DNA from: Bacteroidota bacterium
GTDB lineage: Bacteria > Bacteroidota > Bacteroidia > UKL13-3
DNA length: 64,000 nucleotides
Assembly (NCBI GenBank): GCA_027487835.1
Contig: JAIYCU010000028.1
Location: 22,930-86,929, forward strand
Direction of reading: 5' to 3'
The notes below the pieces were generated by a model that saw nothing but the letters and a program-made list of their open reading frames with translations, was not told where the DNA came from and made no database searches. Of the stretch, positions 42,605 to 49,337 are shown one piece after another. The position numbers were made by a program, and so were the translations under genes. Every line of letters starts with the position of its first letter. The stretch's first letter is position 1.

Positions 42605-44995
42605 TCATAATTGAACTTCAATTAAGTTAAGAGTGTCTTGTATTAGGTTGTCCAATTCAGGTTCAGTAATAGTATTAGGGTTAATACCTAACATTGTGTA
42701 ATCTGGAGTTGGGTCACCATGATGTGGTTTCCAGGAAACTCCATTAATTAAATGAAGTGTAGATATTATTGTTGTCCTGTTTGCATTGTCCCTAAATACA
42801 ACTGGCAATGTATCTAAAAATGTAATTAATCTTCCAAATGTTTGTATTCCTGTCATAGTTCGAACTTCCTTGTAGAATTTGAACCGTAAATGTGCTTCAA
42901 GAACATTTCTCAACCAACCTAAAACAGTGTCTTTAATTGCATGGTTTGGGTTACTTCTAAAAGCCTCCAATGCTTCAATATGTTTAAAGTATTCAATTTT
43001 TACCAATTCTTCTAAATCACATAGTTCAAGTTTAGATGCTTTGGCTACGAAATCTTCCTTTATACGAAGTGTGCATTTTAAGGTTGCTCCAATGTCTTTG
43101 CCTATTTCATGAAGAAAATATTCATTGTGGCTTAAAACAACCACCTGCTTTAGTTGTTGAAATAATGTTCTAATAATTCCAATTGTATAGGTTCTTCTAT
43201 TAGTATCTAAACTTGATAAAGGGTCATCAAAAATTAAAATTTTATCTTGGCGGTTTGGATCAATGTCAAGTTTGGATAAAAAGAACGCTAAAGCAATTGT
43301 GCTTTTATCTCCCTCGCTCAAACATTCCTTGGCATTAAATGGTTGATTTGGGACAAATGATATGTCCTTGCCGTCTATTGTCAATTTGTAAGCGATTTTG
43401 CTTTGTGTTGCTCTTCCTGCTGGAGCAACATGAACAACATCCTCTATTCTAAAAAGTGTCTTGAAAACATTGCCCAAATAATGGTTGATACGTGTCTGGT
43501 AGCTATTGAAAAAAGTTGCTGCTGTGGTTTGCTGTTGTTGCGATAAAGCTGTGTATGCTGTTTCTAAACCTCTAAGTGTTTGTTTCTCGGCAGACAATTG
43601 AGTGCAAAGCGTAACAATGGGAGTTTCATATCTCTTTTTAATTCTTTTTAGTCTATCAACCGCAAGCTGTGCATTTGCAGCAGTCTGAATACCTGCACGA
43701 AAAGTTGTAATTGCAGCATTGTAAGTTGTAATGCTTTGATTGTAGCTTTCAATGTTTGTGTTAATGGTCTGTCCAGAAGACAGAAAAACAGTAGCGGTGG
43801 CGGTAGCCACCGCTACTGTAGGATTTTGTATTTTTTGTTGGAGTGAATCAATTAACCTTTGAAACTCTGCTCTTAAAACAGTTTCGTCCGCAATGATGTT
43901 AAAAATTGGTGGATGAACTGTATTTGGCAAGTGCGTAGCCCATAACGTTACTCTCCCTGTATTTGTCTGATTGATATTGTTTATCGCTTGTATGGCAGCG
44001 TCCAAATTGAAGTTTTGAAGCGAAGTCAAATGTGATTGTAGTCGTAGAACTAAAGCGTTAAAGTCAGCATTAAATTTAGTGATATAGGCGTTTAGAATTT
44101 CAACATTGCCATCAATAGTCTGCATACAAAATGGACAAGAAATTGTGGGTTCATTTGCTGCTTGTTTTCTCTCCACATATGCAAATCCTCTTTGCAGCCA
44201 ATTTTCAGGTCCGTCAAGTCCGTTGTCTGTCAAGTCTTGACAATGATTTGAAAACAAAGTTTCCAAAGCTGCATTTTGAATTGCTTGTGATGTTGTCTGT
44301 AAGTCTGTGATAAGAGAAGTGAAATCAATACCCGATATTATTCGGGTGAGAGCAGTAAGTTGTTGTAATGTTTGAATTATTGTGTTTGCATTCGCACTCG
44401 CTAATGCAGCCTCCGCCGCTGTAATTTGTTGGTCAATTCCGCTAGATTGTGTTACAGGAATAGCAAGAAATGAAGTAATTAAGTCAGCGGTCAAACTGTT
44501 TCCCACTTGCTGAATTAATTGTTGTTCAATATTTGTTATTGATTGTTTTGATATGACTTTAGCAGCTTTGTTTTGTTCAATTTGATTTTGAATTGCAATT
44601 CCTTGTGCACCGATAACAAATTGATGAAGTTGCTTTTTATGTTCATCATTAAAGTCAAACCCTGAATAGATATTGTCGTTGACAAAATGAATGTCAAAAA
44701 TCTCAATATTATCAAAAGGAGTTGTCCAACCAGCAGCCCTTAAGGTGTGAAATGTATTCGGTGTCCCTGTTTGAGTTATTTGTGCTGCTTGTGCTGCTAT
44801 ATGGTTTGTAGAAATTCTACTTCTAACGATTTCAGGTTTGTTGGTTGTCAAGGAACGAAACACTGAAGTTAGTGTGGTTTTACCACCTCCATTGTTGCCA
44901 TAAATTAAGGTCAGCTTTTGAAAATTAATCTGTCCAGCAGCAGTGTAGTTGCGGAATTTTCCAATGGAAGTAAGTCGTTCAACTTTGTTTATCAT
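42605..44995 (-). CDS. RloC/PrrC-like anticodon-nuclease-type ABC ATPase (AAA_13-like): split ABC head with long coiled-coil insert, CxxC zinc-hook, C-terminal HEPN-like domain
   Basis: Walker A GNNGGGKTT at the N-terminus. About 450-aa Gln/Ala-rich coiled-coil with SCPFC. ABC signature LSEGDKSTIALAFFL, Walker B ILIFDDP, H-loop VLSHN. C-terminal roughly 190 aa carry an Rx5H match to the HEPN Rx4-6H motif (LRNVLEAH). Confidence 0.7.
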   Translation of the reverse strand: MINKVERLTSIGKFRNYTAAGQINFQKLTLIYGNNGGGKTTLTSVFRSLTTNKPEIVRSRISTNHIAAQAAQITQTGTPNTFHTLRAAGWTTPFDNIEIFDIHFVNDNIYSGFDFNDEHKKQLHQFVIGAQGIAIQNQIEQNKAAKVISKQSITNIEQQLIQQVGNSLTADLITSFLAIPVTQSSGIDQQITAAEAALASANANTIIQTLQQLTALTRIISGIDFTSLITDLQTTSQAIQNAALETLFSNHCQDLTDNGLDGPENWLQRGFAYVERKQAANEPTISCPFCMQTIDGNVEILNAYITKFNADFNALVLRLQSHLTSLQNFNLDAAIQAINNINQTNTGRVTLWATHLPNTVHPPIFNIIADETVLRAEFQRLIDSLQQKIQNPTVAVATATATVFLSSGQTINTNIESYNQSITTYNAAITTFRAGIQTAANAQLAVDRLKRIKKRYETPIVTLCTQLSAEKQTLRGLETAYTALSQQQQTTAATFFNSYQTRINHYLGNVFKTLFRIEDVVHVAPAGRATQSKIAYKLTIDGKDISFVPNQPFNAKECLSEGDKSTIALAFFLSKLDIDPNRQDKILIFDDPLSSLDTNRRTYTIGIIRTLFQQLKQVVVLSHNEYFLHEIGKDIGATLKCTLRIKEDFVAKASKLELCDLEELVKIEYFKHIEALEAFRSNPNHAIKDTVLGWLRNVLEAHLRFKFYKEVRTMTGIQTFGRLITFLDTLPVVFRDNANRTTIISTLHLINGVSWKPHHGDPTPDYTMLGINPNTITEPELDNLIQDTLNLIEVQL

Positions 44996-45074
44996 GCTTG
45001 AAAGGTGTTCTTGTCAATTGTTTGTATTATGCAGTCAGCTTCATGTTAGCACGGTCGTCATAGCCTTGCTGGTA

Positions 45075-45205
45075 AAGTTTTCGGGCTTGGCGAAGGTGGC
45101 GATTTTCACCACAAATGTTGATGCGGAGAACCAAACTTTGATTAACCTCAAATGTGTCTGTGAAGCACTGAACCGCCACTTTTGCCAAACCCGTGTTATG
45201 TGCAG
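45075..45205. other. GC-rich structured element E1 (homolog of E2): long-range stem ttggcgaaGGTGGCG ... CGCCACttttgccaa, between the SIR2 and RloC-like genes
   Basis: Direct-orientation homolog of E2. 15-bp stem with two G·T wobbles. Compensatory changes relative to E2. Covers the spurious 62-aa ORF 45027..45215. Confidence 0.6.
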
Positions 45206-45211
45206 TATTTT

Positions 45212-46393
45212 TCACTTTATAAATTCAGATTTTTCAAGATTTGGATAAGTCTCAATGAATTCCTCAAACGTGCCTTTAAAGGTTTCAAGTTGACCAATTT
45301 GCTTTTGGGAGAAAATTTGATTTACTTTTTCCCAATGAGCATCTGATGATGTTGGGTCTACTACTTTGATTATAGGTTTATTTCTATTCCAATTTAAAGC
45401 ATGTTGTAATAAATTTAAAAATGCTAGGTCTGATTGAGGAAATGAATATCCGATTATAATAATTTCTTGTGCTTCAATTAGTGATTTGAATGTTCCATCC
45501 CAAAGTTCTTTAGCTGTAGAATTTTCGTTCTTACCTAAAATTGGGGCAACTAAATCATGTTCAAGTTTTGCTCCACAAATGCCACATTTAAATCGGTCAA
45601 ATAAATTTCTTATTTCTTCTGTACTATGTTTGTCATCGTAATACATTGAGTAACTATTCACAATTTTGTAGTTATGGATAGTCTTACAGTTTGGACATTT
45701 AAACCAATCAAACGACCCATGTAATTTAATCAATTCATGGTGTTTACTGTAAGTCCATTTATATTGTTCATTACGGATTAAATGAGCTCCGTCACTAAAT
45801 GTATAGATTGGTACTATATAATGTGGCACAACATTAAAATTGCTTTCTACGCCAACTACACCCCAGATGTGGTCAAAATATTCGTCATCAAGTTTACAGT
45901 CATAGTTAAATGATATAGTACTTAATACCGGTATGTTATTGTCGTTAATTGTTTTGAACCATAGTCTATCAAAGAAATTTTTGTATAATTCTTTTGAGTT
46001 GTCTAAAAAAATTGTGTTATCAATGAATTTAGAAGTTTTGTTGTCAATGGCAGAAAAGATAATTTTTGTAAGCGTTTTAAATACTTTAGTTAAAGTGTCT
46101 TGGTTCAGAAGATAATTGTCAACATGAATTATAGAATTGTTTCGTATAAAATAATCAAGTTGTCCCAAGAGATTTTCATAATCAATCCACTCTTTTTCCA
46201 AGTCTTTTCCTTGCAATTCCAAAACAATTGATTTTACTATTGTAAATACTTCCTTAAAATGACTTGATTTACATTCCTTGATAAATTCAATTATAGATGT
46301 TGGAAGCTGATTAAGAGTTGGAATTCCATAAGCAAAAGAAGCTCCTGCCCCGAAGACACAAGCTGTTCTCTTTATATTTTTATGGTCTGTCAT
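45212..46393 (-). CDS. SIR2-like (SIR2_2/DSR-type) defense-associated protein with C-terminal Cys-rich zinc-ribbon
   Basis: N-terminal ACVFGAGASFAYGIP matches the SIR2_2 hallmark (hFhGAGhS..GhP). C-terminal CPNCK...CGICG. Defense-island context. Confidence 0.65.
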   Translation of the reverse strand: MTDHKNIKRTACVFGAGASFAYGIPTLNQLPTSIIEFIKECKSSHFKEVFTIVKSIVLELQGKDLEKEWIDYENLLGQLDYFIRNNSIIHVDNYLLNQDTLTKVFKTLTKIIFSAIDNKTSKFIDNTIFLDNSKELYKNFFDRLWFKTINDNNIPVLSTISFNYDCKLDDEYFDHIWGVVGVESNFNVVPHYIVPIYTFSDGAHLIRNEQYKWTYSKHHELIKLHGSFDWFKCPNCKTIHNYKIVNSYSMYYDDKHSTEEIRNLFDRFKCGICGAKLEHDLVAPILGKNENSTAKELWDGTFKSLIEAQEIIIIGYSFPQSDLAFLNLLQHALNWNRNKPIIKVVDPTSSDAHWEKVNQIFSQKQIGQLETFKGTFEEFIETYPNLEKSEFIK

Positions 46394-46417
46394 TTAATAT
46401 TGCAAATAACTTGATTA

Positions 46418-46500
46418 TAAACGCACTAATGCACCCAATATCAAACAAACATACCCAATCCTTTTTAATCAAAAAATACCCAAAAGTGGGTATATTTAAA
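46418..46500 (-). promoter_or_regulatory. conserved promoter-bearing intergenic element, copy F, containing palindrome ATACCCAAAAGTGGGTAT (46476..46493)
   Basis: caaacatacccaatcctttttaatcaaaaaatacccaaaagtgggtat is near-identical to copy E. On the coding strand it carries the TTTTTTG / TATGTTTG (-33/-7-like) boxes just upstream of the SIR2 gene. Confidence 0.65.
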
Positions 46501-46510
46501 ATAGTCTATT

Positions 46511-47002
46511 TTAAGATTCCTTATTTATAATCTCTGAGTAATTGCTGTTAGCAAGAGCTAACTTTTTTGATTTAACTAAATTTTTTAGGTCTTTGAGGGA
46601 ATAGCCAGATGTTTTTTGGAAATGAGGTAAATCCGTAAATTTCCAATCACCTCCCCACTCCCATCCATACCTTTTACAAATGGTTACTACTTCAAACCAA
46701 TCCGCTCTTCCATCTTTATCAAAATCTACATTGGTTTCCCAACTAGCATTATCAAATTTACTATTGCCTTTATTATCAACTAATAAAACGATATCAAATG
46801 CTAATCCGTAATTATGATAACTCTGGACGCTTTTAGCATTTGTAACTTTTTTGCCTGGCTTGGTTCTGCCAATCGCATACAGCTCATCTTGTTCTTTAAA
46901 CGTTCTTAAGGCGTATGAAAATCTACAAATGGCTCTTCCAGGTAAAGCTTGGTAAATTTCACTATACATTTCAATTACTTCTTTTCTAAGCAATGGGTGC
47001 AT
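46511..47002 (-). CDS. peptidase M15 family (L-Ala-D-Glu / D-Ala-D-Ala peptidase, endolysin-like)
   Basis: SVQSYHNYGLAFDIV and DWFEVVTICKRYGWEWGGDW...DLPHFQ match the zinc-binding H/D/H architecture of M15/VanY-like cell-wall peptidases. Confidence 0.75.
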   Translation of the reverse strand: MHPLLRKEVIEMYSEIYQALPGRAICRFSYALRTFKEQDELYAIGRTKPGKKVTNAKSVQSYHNYGLAFDIVLLVDNKGNSKFDNASWETNVDFDKDGRADWFEVVTICKRYGWEWGGDWKFTDLPHFQKTSGYSLKDLKNLVKSKKLALANSNYSEIINKES

Positions 47003-47100
47003 TAATTTAATGCGTTCTAAGGTAATTTTATCCTTAATGGCTGATAATAGGTTTAATGGTTTTACAATTTATATTTTCATTTTTTAGATTTCCAAAAAAT

Positions 47101-47128
47101 AGCACTGCACAAAATTTTGTGCAGTGCT
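47101..47128. promoter_or_regulatory. perfect 28-bp palindrome AGCACTGCACAAAATTTTGTGCAGTGCT flanked by A6/T6 tracts, in divergent intergenic region
   Basis: Exact inverted repeat with no mismatches. Lies between the divergently oriented M15 peptidase start (47002) and the 47184(+) gene. Confidence 0.5.
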
Positions 47129-47183
47129 ATTTTTTGTTTTCAAGAATTTTTGTTAAATAATGTAGGCTTAAATTTTTTAAAAC

Positions 47184-47918
47184 ATGAAAGTATTAAAAGA
47201 TGGTGCCATGACGCGCCAAGCAGCAAACTTCTATTCCCTTATTGAGATGGCTACCAATTTGGGCACAGAATTTAAACCTATTAAAGAGCAATTGAAACTC
47301 GACAAGTTAAATGCTCTACACAGCAATGTGATTAAAGCCATTGATGATTGGACGCAAGCGGAGAACGCCTTACAACGGGCTACTTCTTTAAGAAAAGACA
47401 CATTTGACAAACTCAATTCCTTTGTTACTTTAATCCATCGAGAGGTTAAAATAGCAGGTATTGATGGCGAGGTAAAGGGGGACATCGAATTAACCCTAAA
47501 GCAGATTCGTGGCAATAAAAGAGTAACTAAAAGTAAAGAAGATAAGCCAATTGAAAACAGCGCTGTTGCCAAAACAAGTTACAAAAATGCTTCTATGGAA
47601 AAGAAGCTAGATATATTTGCCAAACTAGTTGACATTTTAAGTGTTACACCAGAGTATGATAGCAGCTATGCAGATTTAAAAGTGCAGGCCTTAAAAGACA
47701 AGGTAGTTGAATTAAACACTTTACAACAAAATTATCTTTCCGCAATACTAACTCTTCAAGATGCCCGCTCCAAACGTGATATAATTTTAGACGACCCTGC
47801 CACTGGCATGATTAGGGTAGGTCAACTTTTAAAAGAATTTCTCAGAATTTACTACAAAGATTCCAAGACCCAACTCAAAACCATTAGTGCTATTAAGTTG
47901 ACCAAACGTACAAATTAA
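47184..47918 (+). CDS. hypothetical protein (244 aa, charged/helical)
   Basis: ORF only. No recognisable motif. Confidence 0.45.
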   Translation: MKVLKDGAMTRQAANFYSLIEMATNLGTEFKPIKEQLKLDKLNALHSNVIKAIDDWTQAENALQRATSLRKDTFDKLNSFVTLIHREVKIAGIDGEVKGDIELTLKQIRGNKRVTKSKEDKPIENSAVAKTSYKNASMEKKLDIFAKLVDILSVTPEYDSSYADLKVQALKDKVVELNTLQQNYLSAILTLQDARSKRDIILDDPATGMIRVGQLLKEFLRIYYKDSKTQLKTISAIKLTKRTN

Positions 47919-48054
47919 TTAGTTCTAACATTTTATTATAGTAGGGATAAGTGGGAAAATAATGGCTTCCTACTTATCCCTTTTTTTGGCACGATCCCAA
48001 AAAGTGTTTTGATAATCTGATAAATGTTTTAACTTCCCCGACAAATATTATGGC

Positions 48055-48285
48055 CTATCCGACAAAGGTTTTGACCTCCCCGTTAAGTGCTTTTGCCTCC
48101 CTGACAAATGTTTTTACTTGCCCGACAAATGTTTTGACCTCCCCGATAAGTGCTTTTGCCTCCCCGACAAATGTTTTTACTCGCCCGATAAATACTTTTG
48201 CCTCCCCGACAAATGTTTTTACTCGCCCGACAAATGTTTTGACCTCCCCGACAAAAGTTTTTGCCTCCCCGTTACTTCTGAAAAC
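48055..48285. repeat. minisatellite: about 11 tandem copies of a 21-bp unit (consensus CCCGACAAATGTTTTGACCTC with TTTTACTCG / TTTGCCTC variants)
   Basis: Direct tandem repeats visible by eye. Both overlapping ORFs (48050..48415+, 48055..48309-) only translate the repeat into heptad-like repeats. Confidence 0.85.
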
Positions 48286-48514
48286 CTTGACTAAGTATCC
48301 AAATTCCAATGCATCAGTAAATCCGTTTTATCTGATAAACATATTTTTCATGCGCCACTTGAATGAGGCCATAAACAATATTTCTATAAAAAAACAAATA
48401 CAAGACCATAATTAATATGACTTAATCCTATAAGTAGGATTTACCTTTATCAATAGGTAGATTTTTCTTTTATAGTATCTCTTAAGTATTTACGATTGTA
48501 TAAAAAATTAAACC

Positions 48515-49189
48515 ATGGTAAATACATTAAAACCAAACGAGAAAAAATACTTGTTGATTCATGCAAAATTTGAATCGCTAAAAACTACTGAAGAAGGATT
48601 ACACAACATTCAATGGGAGTGTTTGTATAAGGGTTTATTGGCAGAAGAAATATTAATTCAATATGAGCAACTTAAAAACAAATACGATATAATTATTATT
48701 GATAGGTATTTACCTGTTATGGATACGCTAAATTTTTTAATTAAATATAGAGAGCTAGATCCCATAACACCAGTACTGGTTATAGCGCATGGATTTAATT
48801 TTGAAGACTACCATCAAATTAAATTAATGTCAAACACTTACTATGGACCAAAAGAAATATCTATGCTAAAACTTAGTCTTCAAAATTTTCATAAAAATGA
48901 AATCTTAGACCTAGAGCACTCCCTTATAAAACATTGGGTAGAATTAACAAACACCTATTCGCTAGTGACTTTTGAGGGGGCAATTGAAAAAATTAAAATA
49001 ACAACTTTCGAACAAAACTTATTGAATTTAATTGGAAAAGGTTTAAGCAATAAAGAATTAGCTAAACAATTAAAGGCGAGTATGTCTCATGTTCATCATA
49101 CAAAAAGCAAACTCACCAAAACATTTGGCCTATCACATAACCGCTTGCTACTTGCCTATGGTGTTATTTATAATTACATTGAAATTTAA
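48515..49189 (+). CDS. LuxR/GerE-family regulator with N-terminal receiver-like domain
   Basis: C-terminal HTH NLIGKGLSNKELAKQLKASMSHVHHTKSKL. N-terminal alpha/beta receiver-like region. Confidence 0.65.
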   Translation: MVNTLKPNEKKYLLIHAKFESLKTTEEGLHNIQWECLYKGLLAEEILIQYEQLKNKYDIIIIDRYLPVMDTLNFLIKYRELDPITPVLVIAHGFNFEDYHQIKLMSNTYYGPKEISMLKLSLQNFHKNEILDLEHSLIKHWVELTNTYSLVTFEGAIEKIKITTFEQNLLNLIGKGLSNKELAKQLKASMSHVHHTKSKLTKTFGLSHNRLLLAYGVIYNYIEI

Positions 49190-49337
49190 AAAAACTTACA
49201 GATTCCAAATTCTCTGATAAAATCTTCCAGTAGCAATGAGCTACTAATTAATTTAAAGAAAGAGTCGATGCAATATTGACCTTTTTTTTGTGCATAGGAG
49301 TGTATAGAAGCTCAGTGCCCTAAGACTTTACCAACCC

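Noticed and set aside
42441-45205. Integron cassette array (attC sites) interpretation of E1/E2
   Set aside because: This is kept only as a hypothesis. No intI gene and no attI are in the window. The outer boxes do not obviously match RYYYAAC/GTTRRRY. Sedentary integrons are not typical of Bacteroidota. Only two copies were seen.
45027-45215. 62-aa ORF overlapping the SIR2 stop by 4 nt, which could look like a translationally coupled small gene
   Set aside because: Its entire length coincides with GC-rich structured element E1, the homolog of E2 downstream of the RloC-like gene. The reading frame is better explained by the conserved stem structure than by coding potential.
48055-48285. Possible CRISPR array
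   Set aside because: The repeats are directly adjacent with no unique spacers, the unit is only 21 bp, and there is no cas gene nearby. It is a minisatellite.
48050-48415. 121-aa (+) and 84-aa (-) ORFs with heptad-like repeats
   Set aside because: Both are simply translations of the 21-bp minisatellite. There is no start context, and opposite-strand ORFs of similar quality argue for non-coding repeat DNA.
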